DNA of 58,882 nt, the filler included, from Circinaria calcarea (taxonomy: Eukaryota): assembly GCA_051942165.1 (NCBI GenBank). It is 3 parts of 3 records of this genome, joined end to end, with 100 filler letters (N's around TTAATTAATTAA, not from the genome) between each part and the next. Parts side by side here need not be neighbours in the genome. Positions count along the whole stretch, not along the records: positions 39,363 to 58,882 come from JAVECS010000203.1; 2 more parts are not named here. One strand, 5' to 3'. The position numbers and the translations under genes were made by a program. The notes beneath the pieces were generated by a model that saw only the letters and a program-made list of their open reading frames with translations, was not told where the DNA came from and searched no databases. Position 1 is the stretch's first letter. Each line of letters begins with the position of its first letter. Below, piece by piece: positions 46,501 through 58,882 of this stretch.

Positions 46501-49500
46501 TTGCTAGCTTTAGCTATCATTCCTTCAACTCCTGTCGTTTGCCGTCATTTGGGATTCGTCCTGCGAGATAATGAACACAGTAGAGCCCTTTACAGTTCCC
46601 TCAGCTCTTCAGCTGCTCTAGCTTTGATACCACCCTCTCATTAGGGCATCTCACACAGCCACTAACATGTCCAGAAAGCTTCTGAAGCGGGTGCGATTTC
46701 AGGTCTCGAACTGTGCAGACTTTGGTCTGGTGATATGGGAACAGGCTGAAGCATCGATCCGAGGACAGGAAAGCGTCCCCAATATTCGTGCACAGTCTCT
46801 CAAAACTTGTCCCGATCCTGTTTCGTAGGTTCCACCCCTCTCTTGACTGTACGGTGGTGGAAACTGGCATTCCTCATCTGTAACAGTTTAGCGGCGACTG
46901 TCTCTAGTACTCTGACGCAAAACCTGCATTTTCTGACTGATACAAGTTACAGTGGCTCGCAGTGTGTGGTCGAGAGGCAAGCATATTGGCGAGATGGCGG
47001 GTGCGATACCGCATACAAGTTTAATACGACGTTTCCTAAGAGGCGAATGAGATTCTCGAGAGACACGGCGGTTTCATGAACTTGATCATCCCTGCTCTGG
47101 GGTTTGGCAGTCAGTAAATGGATCCTTGGGTAAAATGAGGTTGCATACTTGTTGGTCGAGCGTGTGGTTCTCGGATCATGCTGACACATTTGGCACATTT
47201 GGCACACCACTGGTAAACCTAGGTGGGTTGGCAAAAATCGCTGTGAAGGATTGCCTATGGGCAACTCAACCCCTCTCAGCTTGAATCGTTGCGGTGACCA
47301 AGCCGGCGGTTTCTCTGACTACGATGTTCTAGACTAGGTCCTTGTACGTTTCCTACCTTTGTAGGATAGGAAGCACGGTTTAGTGCTCCTTTGGCTGCTA
47401 CTTTGTAAGCTTAGGAGATGATGGCCCACAGATTCAATGCTGCGGGTGGCAGCTTCGAGAGCTCTGTATCCTTTGGCTACTTAGGTGGCCTGGCAGAGCC
47501 TTCCCGGGTTTAAGCTTAAGTCGTGATGCAGTGTCCACCAACGTGAAAACTCAGGCCTGACCATGGTGGATAGGCAAAAAGCTCTCGAAGGTGAATGCTA
47601 ACGTAGCTAACAATGAGCCAGAGAACGACATCATAGAACGGGGGCCCTGGCAAGTCCGTAATATGACCCACAACGGCCACACCATCCCAAATTCACCACT
47701 CCTCAACCCGTATTCCTTGACGCAAGTGCATCATCCTCTTAATCTTAAGACCCTAGAAAAGGTAGCCTCTCCTCCATATTCTTAACCTACTTGAGAACTC
47801 GAGAGACAGACTTCATCTGTATTTGTTGCAGGGCTTGGCAACGCATTCTTCATCTCATAGAAGCAAGCTGACGCAGAAGCCTTTCTTGAGCATCTACACG
47901 TTGCTCCTTCGACACCTCTTCCACTTCTGCAGTCAAGGAGAGAATCATTTGAGATAAGACAATGACCAAGAGTCATCCTCATCGATGTCATCCAATGGAC
48001 CAGTGAACCTCAGTGGCCACTTCACTACTTCTTCTAACGTCCACTCTATCCTTCCTTCTTCCAACCCGACTCTGTGTTCTCCTTATGGGTGAAGTCGCTC
48101 TCGAGCACACATGAAGCTATGCCTGGCACAAGCAAGTTCGGGGACATTGTTGGGAGAACATCATCTGTTGGATGGGAGTAGTGCGAACTTGATGCAGTAA
48201 GTCAACTTAATAAGGAGTCTGATTGTAGACTAACTATGCACAAGACCCCTCCACGAGCTCAAACGTTTCGAAAGCCCGATATGAATCATTGCCAATGCAT
48301 GGAAAGGTACAACAGCATCGCAAAGCATGGAATGAGAGCCGTTGGCCTTTAATTTTGGGAATACCCTCATATATATGGCAAGGAAGAACAACAAATGTAT
48401 AGCTTGTGGCCGAGGGGTAGTAAGAAGTAAGGTATACCTAACCAGATGTGTCAACCTAATAAGCTTATACGTCACACCACAGTTGTCTAGTTCCATACGC
48501 CATTGACATGTGAGATGGAGAAAGAGTAAAGTGTACGGCTACCATAAGGTAGCCGCCAAATACTGGCCCAAACCAGAGCTGGCTATCGCCCCCTTCCAGA
48601 GGTAAGTTGTAGTTCTTGTCTGTGTTTCTCTTCACATTGCTTGTTTATACCCCTATTGTATACCTAGTCGTCGATGATTGCATCACATAGGCTTTTAGGT
48701 CTTTATAACAGTATATGATATCTATGGTGTCAATGATATCCCTTTGGCTAATCTTCTGACATTGATAGGTCACCAAGCTAATAGGGCTTCTGACTCTGTT
48801 GGGAGACACGGAGGTTGTTATCAATCGATCTATGCCGACTTCCGTTGGAAAGATGACCTGACAAAGACTTGTAACGCCATTCATGGCCCCCCCTTTATTG
48901 GAAGAAATCCTTATAGACACGGCTTCGCAGACGGTACCTTCTTATCCTTGAGAAGGAGGATTAGAGTGGAACAATCGATCATTGACCCATCGGCACTACT
49001 TCGATGTACAATTCCAGAAAATATAAGAGTCGAGCACAAAATGTTGAACAAGGCTATCCCTCCCTAGGGATCCAACGCTATAGTATTTGCTTAAGGTCCC
49101 GACCATTACAAGTTTTTGCCGAAACTAGTTTGAAATACCATAGGTACTGAGTTCATGAGCTCTCTTCATAGACCTTGACAGCCTCCGTGATTTACTATTC
49201 TCATATATATGAGTTGATGTTACGCTCATCTCGTTAAGAATGAGTTTGAGATAATCGTCAAGGATATTTATATCTCACGTTTCTTCCTCTTATCATTTCT
49301 TCTTTTCTGGTTTATTTTTTTCATATATACCTTGAAGAGTGAAGGCACTGCGAATGTAAGCTCTGACATCCCGCGTTGGTCCCGTAAGGCAGGCGGCTTC
49401 TCGGAGCAGATGCACGATGTGCTGGCCCCGCGGGATATAAATGAAGACGAGGAGCTCGGCACAGCTCGTAGCAGGTCACAATATACGCTGACCTCAGCAA

Positions 49501-49839
49501 GGTTGCATATTCGGCCATGAGAGGCCAGATGGAACGCCCTGGCGAAAAAGGGGTTTCCCACATCCCGTGGTGATCCGGGGAAGCTGGCCAAGTCTATAAT
49601 GTGCTGGCCTTAAGAAGTATATATGAGAACTGGGGGCCAAGCACAGGTCGTATGAGACGGTGTTTTTGGCCGTGGTACGAACCAGCAATTTACTGGGCAC
49701 ATCTTCCCTGTGCCATTGTTTGCACGGAGCTGTGGCACGTTCCAGGAGCCCCTGGTTTCTCCCAGCTGCGTCCAATGCCTAAGGGGACTTCACACAGGTT
49801 AGTTATACTCTTAAGAGTTGATGTTTATTTACTGATATA

Positions 49840-50080
49840 GGTATTAGTCTACCTTTGATACCGTCATTGCTGCCAACATACCCGGTGGCAAGCTTGATTA
49901 CAAGCCTATTTCGCTGAGAATTTTTAACCGGAAAATATATTGCACCCACTGGGTACGAACTGGAGAACGTGGTATCATTTAGTAAAAGTGCATACTCCGG
50001 TATAAGATGCCGGATGTCGATATACTGGCGAAAATAGGATTTCGCCACTTCCCTCGCCGGTTCCGGGAAGCTGGTGATTT
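49840..50080 (+). pseudogene. CCCH (C3H1) zinc-finger gene relic
   Basis: KIYCTHWVRTGERGII**KCILRYKMPDVDILAKIGFRHFPRRFRE resembles the fungal K.YC.YW.R.GEC..QQGC.YKHEMP....L..G.R..PRW.RE family; the QQ position reads TAG TAA. Confidence 0.7.
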
Positions 50081-50184
50081 CTTGGACCAAGTCCATGACC
50101 TCGGAACGTTGCGAGGAGGCTCAAAGCTTTACACAGTGCAGGCGGTCGATCCTTCAAGTGAGGAAGATGACGGTGGCGGTGCTT

Positions 50185-50325
50185 CTGTACGCCTGCTTTG
50201 TACCAGCAGGTACTCAGGCTCCTCGTATGCCGCATTGTCAACAGGGCACACCTGTATGCCTGCTTTGCGCCAGCAGGTGCTCTGGCACCTCGCATGCCCC
50301 ATTGTCAACAGGGCACGCCTGTACG
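50185..50325 (+). repeat. 67-bp tandem duplication (2 copies plus start of a third)
   Basis: Units start at 50185, 50252 and 50319 (CTGTA(C/T)GCCTGCTTTG..CAGCAGGT..CATTGTCAACAGGGCAC). Confidence 0.9.
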
Positions 50326-52334
50326 ATCTTAGAAGCCTTTGACGCTGCGCCTGCACCTGCCGCTCACCAGGTTCCCTAAGCCTGTTGCATAGCCTCAACG
50401 TCAACCCCAGGCACAGTCAACCAAGGCCGATGAGCTCTTTGATGATGCTCCTGTCACTTTTCCGGTTCATCATAAGCGGATGTTCCAACGTCCTGCTTAA
50501 TCCCCAAAGCTGGACATTCCAATTTTCCATCCCAAGGCGCAGGACAAAGGTAATGCTGAAGACTTGTGAGGTGACGATCTCCTCCCAACCGATATAGAAG
50601 TCCACGGCATAGGATTCCTTGACCGACGTCTAACCTGAAGACGGATGATGTCCGAGGACACCACCACAGAACATGGTACCAAATTCAAACTCAGCAGTTG
50701 GCTTCCCGAATCGCTTCAAACCTGGCACCGGATCTCAGAAATCTGTATCGCAGACACAGACACTGTCTCTCTTAAATGCCTATCTATTAACCTTCATCCC
50801 GAACGACCGTACCCCGCGAGGCTCTACTGCCTCTATTATCCGAATACTAGGCGATGATAATGTCCGCGTTTAAGCCTGCAGGTGCTCAAGCAAAGAGTTT
50901 CACGGACCAACGATGCAAGCATGAAAGAAAACTTCTCATACCTTCGCTGATATGGTCGTTAGCCTTCCTCAAGTGGGCTATATACTTATGGTAGGGATGA
51001 GTAATGGTATAAGAGATCAATAAAAGAGAAGAAGCACACCTTACAAGGCTGTACAACAATAGGATGAGCAAAGAGAAGTATATGGAGTCAAGAATTATCA
51101 AGTGCTGCTAATATATGAAAAGCTTCATGGGTTAGTCATAGCAAGGCTGTGTTTAACCAGCGATGTATTGCGCGAGGAAATCTATCAAGTCTTTGAACTG
51201 ATATATCTTGTGAGTTTGCCCTAGGTTAACCTTCAGTCATTAGTGTTACGGTAACTATTTAAGGTTTAAAGGTATAAGGGACGATACGTACCCTGAGGAG
51301 AAGAACACAGTTCTGTAGTAGGGGAGAAATGACATAGTGGGGAGAGGGTCCTTTAATGCTATGAAGGTATATATGAGAAGAGGACCTTGGACAGTGCACG
51401 TTAGTGAAAACATCTTATAATTTTGAATCCTCGACAGCTGCTCTCTTTGTACTGTGGTGATGTGGATGAAAGACGTTGATGGGATATGGTTAGAAGATTA
51501 AAGGAAGGGAAGAGAATATACTGACCTCTGTTGCAGGATGACTGACCTAGGATTCACGCAACTCCGTTCTCTAGAAATGGGTGAATACCTCTCGATATCT
51601 GGTATGGTCTAGACAATGACGTCGAATCGATGCTCAGGCTCTTCTGGTATCCCCTCTCCTCCGACCTTCACTCCGTTCTAGCGCCTAAGACACCAGTCCG
51701 TCTTTGCTAGGGAATGTTAGGAGCTTGTTCGGGAAGATATGATCCGTACAGCTACCCGACTAGGGATCTAGGCACTGGAGTAACTTCCTTCTTCCGCTGG
51801 TTAATAGCAGGAGCCCAAGATTGATGTTAACACGGAGATAAAGTAGTAAGCTGCTGCACAATGCAATGAAGTGGGATAGGTTCATCTCACCTGCTACAAC
51901 TTCAATACCACGAACAAGGTCCCGCGAGCAAAAAAGCTGTAGAAATAGCCAGGTACCAGGGTATTTTTGCTTGCATGCTTGATGATAGGATTGCAATCTC
52001 GACCTTTCGTGGCATCAGAGCTTACCAAAAAGTCAGGTTGACGAGCTATAGAGAGTCCTTGAAAAGCGAAGAGCCGAGAGTATAGCAAGCATCTTAGGAT
52101 AAGGCTGCTTTGAACACTTTTCCGGCATCGCTTCTAGGTGGGTGCACAATCTCCTCGTGACTCCGTTAAGGCTACATGAACACCCTTCACATTTTTCGTC
52201 ACGGGAAACGGCAAATTTTCAATCACCAGATTGCCACAATCCCATATGCAAACCTCCTCAAAGAAACTAAGATCTTCTCCTGAACCTTGTACATATCCAG
52301 CCCAGGCTTCTAACAATCCCTAGAATATAGCAGT

Positions 52335-53298
52335 ATGACCACCATCCTTTCCCAGCGAGACTCCGTCAAGCATATTACGTGCTTTTACTGGAATCGAGGC
52401 AACTGCCGATACAGTGAGAGGGACTGCCTCTACGCTCATCACAGGAACACGGATAGAGTGGCAGAGGCGCCTATACGCGTGGAACGAGGTCGTAAGTCTA
52501 CCACTAGCATCAGTTCCTTGGCTTTAGTTTCTACGTCCTTGAGCAGATTAAAAAAGCTCTGGTTCCTCTACATGCTAATATCTAATCCTTTCAGAGCCTG
52601 CAGTAGCTGGCAAAAACGCACGCAGGTCGCAGCCAGAGTACGTCCCCTGGCGAAGTTTACCTGTTCCAGCTACACCGAGACCATCAACACAGCGCGCTGT
52701 AACCTCCCCGCGCTCTCCTCAACACCAGCCACCTCAGTTGTCTTCTCAGCCTCCGCCCCAGCACCCACCACGTCAGTATCAGTTGCTCGACCAAGTGACT
52801 TCCTCTCAGCTACAGCCTTCCCGCCTGCAACCGAATTCTCGGCAACAACTGCTCCCTGAGCAACCGTTCCATCAGCAGCTTCCTCACCAGCTGCCGAACC
52901 TGCCACTTCGAGTTCACGAATTACGTTCAGGGGACTCCTCACAGCCTGTGCGCAGTCCCACTCGACCTAGCAACGTTTCTCCTGGAGCTAGGGAAAGCCG
53001 ACGTCCAGCTACTGTGCAGCCATCTCACGATACAATGGCCGTCGAAATACGTGCTTTTCGAGAACTACGAGCAACCATCGAGCGGACCATCCAGCAACTG
53101 GTCACGATGGCCAATGATCTCCTCGCGTACATCCGGCGATTACAGTTGCAGGTCGGACTGTTTGGCGCGGTACCGGCCGGCATGCCTGCATTAGCGCTCG
53201 TGGTGGAGATCAACAACCTGGTCAGAGGGTACCGAACACTCACTGACCAGATGGACGCAATCCTGAAGAGGTTGCCAGAGGGTAGCGGCAGATGTTGA
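52335..53298 (+). CDS. CCCH zinc-finger protein, ~286 aa, exons 52335-52491 and 52595-53298
   Basis: KHITCFYWNRGNCRYSERDCLYAH (C-x7-C-x6-C-x3-H), AEAP..ERG|QPAVAGKNA, Pro/Gln-rich linker, helical C-terminus; canonical intron joins two ORF-track frames. Confidence 0.85.
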
Positions 53299-55388
53299 AG
53301 GTGATGGGCTGGCAGACCAGTGGAGGGTTTCCAATCTACTTGCGCATCTGCGGGTTATAGTCCATTAGTCTGGTTCTGGGCACAATCTTGCTCAAGTACT
53401 ATGATGCATTCGCCATGGAGTTTTATAGGGGTCAGGAATTCGGACACAATCATACATAGCGATATGGGAGTGCAAGGCTTGAATGAAAAGATAGGAAGGA
53501 AGGAGATATTTCCGGGTTTCTCTCGATACTGGCGGTAATGTTTGGAAGGTTGGCGGGTATAGGTTTATACAGGTAACAATATCAAGCCACCCACCAATAG
53601 CAAAACCATTTGCTTTGCCTCAAGTTCTGCAGCATACGTTATCCGGAAAATTGCAACTCCAGGAGAGGCGGAGTACGCCGGTGCAGGAGCAGAAGCAGGA
53701 ATAGATGGATACGGGGTAACGCTTATTTTGAAAGCGTATGTCAGGTGGAATTGGACCATGCGCTTGAAAGGGAGCGAAGATGGGGATTTCTTATCCCGGT
53801 ATATGGACTCATGAGGGTATGAGCAGGTCATAGCATTGGGTCATGAGGTTGGCGACACGAGCATGATAGCATATATTCATAACATGAGCAATATTGAATG
53901 CTACCTCCGATTTATGCTCTGTAGGCAGTGATGAGAATCTGAACCTATAATCATACGATTGCTAGACTCACCCGACTTGCTACAGGAAAACGGAAGTCGC
54001 TCCATTGAGATAGTCAGGGGTACTGCACGGGATATAAAAGCAATCATGGCTTGCCCAGTTAGAAGTAACAATCGACTTATCATAATTAGAGCAATTTGCT
54101 GAGCCAAACCCATATTGTGTGCATATAACAACCCATCCCTCCCCCTACCCTCGTATCCCATGACGCAGATACAACAGATTCTACACCCAAAGCCTGCCAG
54201 AAGCCCTGTATTCACTACCACCACGTATCACTATTCCCCTCAAGACCCTAGAGGCCCCTTGGACAGTTTGGATATTAAGCCTTGTCTTGCTGCCGCTAAA
54301 AATAAACGCAGTCTTCGCGGTATTCATATTAGTAGGGTAGATGAATTCGCATCTTGTATTCACAGAGTGGACTGTCATTTCGACAACGTACATAAGATGA
54401 TGACAGAATTTGTACTGCAAAGTATTAGCCAAGGCAGTCCGCATTTTGCTAGCACTGCTCTAGTACGGATTATGGATGATATATCGTAAGACAAGTCAGC
54501 AGGTATCTCCTCAGTTTGAGACGAGAGAAGCAAAGCGATACTGAGATGTAGGAGAATAATTGAGAATGCAGTCGTGTTTCCTGACGTCGCGTGAAGCGCT
54601 TATTACTTAATTCAGCGCCTCCCCAAGGCACACCGAGTCCAAGGATTAACCAATCCTTCGTTGGGCTGGTGTGTATAATACCGGCAGAGGTCACTGACTG
54701 TATGCGTGTTGGATGGATGCTTTTCCATGTTGACGTCTTGTCAGGTCTAGAAGAGAAGAAATAATTGCTCAGAGCAGAACGTTCATTCCAATCTGAATGT
54801 CCCCAACGTAAAGGCAATCAGTGTATAACTATCGAGTACTAGACTAAAACCATATCCCGACTAGTCTCTATATTTTGAACTCTTCAGGCAATGCCATGCT
54901 TTATCTCCAGCAACTTATAAGGTCTCATCCTATCGATCATGCTCTACTAGCTGTCGATTTGACATCTCAAAACGGAATCTACGGACTTCGGAGACAATGC
55001 AAGCTTTGGACGATATCCAGGAAGGTGCCGTGAGAGTTGTGACCTAGTCAATCCTGTGTATCCTGGCCATCGAATTCTACCATACAGGATAAAAGGCCCT
55101 GGTACTTTCCCGTATATATGATGAGTGTTGAACCGCGCCAAGACCAGCGGCTAACCATTGGATGTGAAGGGTGGTTTTGATTTCACTTGGAAAGTGTTGG
55201 AGAGCTATTATACAACACCTTAGATGTGATACGCTTCACTGATGATCTTCATCCACCCTTATTTTGTTGTTTGGCTTTTTTGGTTCGATATTTTTTCTAC
55301 ACTCCATACTCTTCTTGCTTTCCCACCCATTTATTCGTACTCCACCTAGTAGAAGAACTTGATCAAGTTGTTCACATCGACCGCTCCT

Positions 55389-56076
55389 ATGGATCCCACG
55401 AATGAACATCACGAAGATCTGGCTAGAGAAAGCTGGACCCCTGTGGTTGTCGTGAACAACACCTCCTCGAGAAGGGTTCAGCAGTCTCAGGCTGCCACAC
55501 ATCGTTCGTACTTTCGCAATTCTGTGTATTCAACTAATGGTTTACATTAAATAATAGTTCAGCCGTTTTTGAATGCTCAATCCTCCTCATCGATTAATGT
55601 CCAGCCGATACTAACAACGGGGCCCCGAACTCGAAGGGAGGTCGTAATCCATAATGACTGGAGCTTTGAGCGTGGTGGGCTTCCATGCAGGGCGATTGAC
55701 TATGCCTTGGCTCAAGGAGTACCTCCACCGGTAGCTCAATTGTTACGCTCTGTGAGTTTAACCTAGACCCAGACAAAAAGAGACTGGCTAAAGAGGTTGG
55801 CAGATTCGAGCAAGCGAGGACAGACTACGAGACCATGTCGTTGTCCTGCAAGGTATCCAAGCTGTCTCGTCAACCGCCATTAGCAGAATTCGTCGAGATA
55901 TATCGGGTTATATTGCGCAAGTAACTGCGCCTCGAGCCGCACAGGGCAACGCAGATACGACAGATCCGATAATTTCCCTCGTTGATCTCTGCATGGCTTT
56001 GGAGGAGATCATAAGAGGGCATGAGGTGCAAATAGCAGACATAAATGAGCAGCTGCGAAGTCTGAGAGCTTCGTAA
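55389..56076 (+). CDS. Orphan protein, ~193 aa, 3 exons (55389-55503, 55558-55751, 55804-56076), helical C-terminus
   Basis: GTTCGT..CTAAT..TAG and GTGAGT..CAG introns give a stop-free frame ending RSLRAS*. Confidence 0.7.
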
Positions 56077-58369
56077 GGACAGTGGTTGGAAATGATGGCT
56101 AGAAGCCTCGAGATTAGTACATAGCATTGCAGACAGAACCAATTGATAATTGACAAGAGATCTCGAACACATGCGAATGCCTTGAGTTCTAGTAAAGTTT
56201 TGCATTTCCACTAGAGTACAAATCTGTCCATCTTCAATACGTTCAATATCAATAGAAGGGACAAGGGACAATGAGACATGGTGCGTTTACTTTAATGACT
56301 CTTGTAAAGTTCTGGTGACAGTAGTCCCCTAGACAATCTGAAGTAGAGGACTTTCGCTCGACTGCTTACTATGCTATTCTTGGATGGATACCTCGCGCGC
56401 AACATGCATAGAGGCGTACTCAATCGGTCAGTGAATTGTCAACAGGTCACTGATACTCCACCAAGCGCTTTTGCACCTACTGCGTTTGACACCTAGCCTG
56501 GTGGCTGAACAGGCTGCAGTGGATACAATCAAGTTAGCTGATAGGGGTATTTTCGGGAGGATGAACATGATCTGAACAAGCCATACGTTGAAGCTTCCCT
56601 GTCTCGAATTCACAGAGTCGAACCATGTGGCTTTTATACCAGACTGCATTCGTTAAGCGATCCACAGGATGAAGGTCCAGATCATCTCAATAGCATCTGA
56701 CTAGTCAAACTTTAGTCAACGAGAACACATGCTTACCTGAAGCCACATCAATCACAGCGGAAAGGAATTTTGCGCCAGATAGCAAAGGGCCAACTGTCAC
56801 GTAGTGAGCATTGAGTGTAGTGGCGGCTAGCCGTCTGAACAACTTTCGTGACTGCTTGGACCAAACTTGCGATAGGAAATCGCGTTCCCTAAATAGCTGG
56901 CCATGTTTGAAAGTTCGTCAACAAAGTTGTTTGTAGCTCTTGGTGCTAAATTCGCTTGGCAATCGCTGTATTCTAAGCGCGCTAGGCGCTTCCACCAGCT
57001 AGCGCAAGACGACAACAAATTTTGGGGAGCGCAATGTTTTTTCATAAATTGTATCTAATGCTTTAAAACTATCGCCCTATTGATAGCTTTTTCTGATCGC
57101 CTCTTGCTAGCTCTGGAGAATGCCGCTTTTCCTTGCAGCGTTTCAAAGAACCGAGTTTGCATGAATAGAGACAGATAAACACAAAAACTTCCTTAGATCT
57201 CCTGCGTTACTTTACATGTTCTGCTCCCAATTTCTCTTCTTGCTATATTAAGCTTCCATATATATGAGTTGTCATTCCTAAAAAGCCGGCTGTCAAGTGT
57301 ATCTTTAAGCAGTTTCTCAACATTTCGATTTCATCTTATAAAATCTCCATCCGCTTGAGCCGGACCTCAGGACATCTTCGTTAGCCTGAGTGTGGAATAG
57401 AGATTCTGAATCGAATCAGTCTCTAGAAATTGCTCTTTCACTCATTTTTCGTATATTTCCTGTAACCCTAATGATTAACTGATATTTTGTGTCTTCTCTT
57501 CCACCGCGAATCTTAGTTTTATTGGCAATCTCTTCGTGCGGATATTCTTGACTCTCTCTCGTCAAAGCGTAGCATCTTGCGGATTAGAGTTGATATGCTC
57601 CTTAAGATCAAGACATGTGTGCAGAAAAGAGTAGCGAAGGTTGGTTATGCCGACATTTAGTATATTTCATTTAGGTATGTTAGCAGAGGGAAAGCTCAGT
57701 TGAAACCGATTACTTGAAAGAGATTCAGTGATCTCGAGAAAGGCTGAGGAGTAGTATAGCGCACTGTGGTATGCTACAACGATATGGCGAAAACTCATAT
57801 AAATTAAGGACGTAGGGGGACCAAGTCCTTGCGAGAGGTACCTTTTTGAGAGAAAAGAAAATCCAACTAGCACATCAAGAAGCACACTCGAATGTGTAGT
57901 ATAGAGGTTTGGTTTGTTGGTCAAATTCCTTGCAGCTTCCTGCCAATATGGGTGGGTGCTTTTAGTTCACAGTATAGCAAGGTGCTGGGATAGATGTGGC
58001 TCTCGAAGGCTGTAGGTACGGCAAGGTGTTCATGCTCTAATGTTAGACATCGTAGATGACGGGCACGACCAGCTAGTCCTTGCCTGGCGGGCTAAATATA
58101 TAAGAAAAGGGTAAAAGCACGAATCTAGCGTGCTGCGTCTCTTCTTTCAGTACGCGGCTGTTTCTCTCTTCTCCATTCTTTCTTCATCAAGTACTCTTCA
58201 ACGCTTTTTCTCTATCCTCCACTCCATATTCTGTTCATCTTCCTGCATCGAAATTCGAACTTGCTTTCATTTTTAATTAGAAGCTAGCCAGGATATCAGT
58301 CCTTCTACCCTTCGCATCAGATACTAACTACATACCTCACACCATCCATCGAGCATTTATCTTGCAGCT

Positions 58370-58882
58370 ATGGATTTCTTGGACGCTCAACACATGGACC
58401 CCGCATACCAGTCCTGGACGGAAGGAGCTCAAACCCATCATACACCTAGCCATCTCTATCCCTACATCATACCCACAGACCGCAGTCACAACTGCCTTCT
58501 TACCGACTCTGTCGCCGTTGCTCCAAATATGCCCTACCAAAGCTCATTCCAACTCTCCACAGTTGACGAGCTTTCATCCGACAGCTGCACTCCCACTCTA
58601 TGTCATTTGGCATCGGTGACGTCGAATCGCGTGGACACGAGATCAGGGTCGTTAGTGTGTTATGACTACACTGGTGGCCTCGCATCTAACGACTTCTACA
58701 CCAATAATGCCGGCCCGCAATCAACATCAAGCTCTCAAAACAAGCCTTACAAGGGTGAATGGGAGTTCTCAAGAGGGAAGTGGTGCTATGATGGGTCTTC
58801 CACAAGAACTGTGCTTGAAGAAGGTAGTCCGGAACCAATATCAAGCTGTAAGTAAAATGGATTTTGCTGCTCTTCATTCGGT
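58370..58882 (+). CDS. 5' part of a hypothetical gene, truncated by the window end
   Basis: 161-aa ORF after a TATA-like element (~58097) and pyrimidine-rich leader; probable GTAAGT donor near 58848. Confidence 0.45.

Noticed and set aside
43600..49100. Possible Starship captain or other large gene
   Set aside because: Only short, stop-interrupted protein-like patches; no tyrosine-recombinase motifs recognised
56300..57950. Possible minus-strand decayed gene
   Set aside because: Some splice-like signals, but no reconstructable frame or recognisable family

Overview
Filamentous ascomycete (Pezizomycotina-type) DNA: GT-AG introns with CTAAC/CTAAT branch points, fungal transposons and RIP-like transitions. 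A lichen-forming fungus is possible but only inferred. The window is not one locus. Two identical 100-nt artificial spacers (44N-TTAATTAATTAA-44N) join three pieces of 19,593, 19,569 and 19,520 bp, probably size-sorted unplaced contigs. Piece 1 (1-19593) is a decayed accessory region. It holds an intact secreted prepro-protein gene with Kex2/Ste13-like processing signals and one orphan gene, plus relics of an NRPS A-domain, a copia integrase, a Fot1/pogo transposase, DUF6601, a SesB-hydrolase/NB-ARC/TPR NLR and an AAA ATPase. Piece 2 (19694-39262) is core-like. It has DOM34/pelota divergent from an aldo-keto reductase, and a heptad-repeat coiled-coil ORF between diverged direct repeats. It also has a dihydroxy-acid dehydratase (8-nt microexon, no obvious mitochondrial leader) divergent from an alpha/beta-hydrolase fused to a DUSP11/capping-enzyme-like phosphatase, and a Cys/His microprotein. 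Piece 3 (39363-58882) has a RIP-damaged Tad1-like LINE with nested solo LTRs, a perfect 38-bp palindrome, one dead and one intact CCCH zinc-finger gene, and orphan genes, one of which may share a C-terminal helical domain with the CCCH protein. Gene models were spliced by eye and family names come from motif recognition, not database searches.
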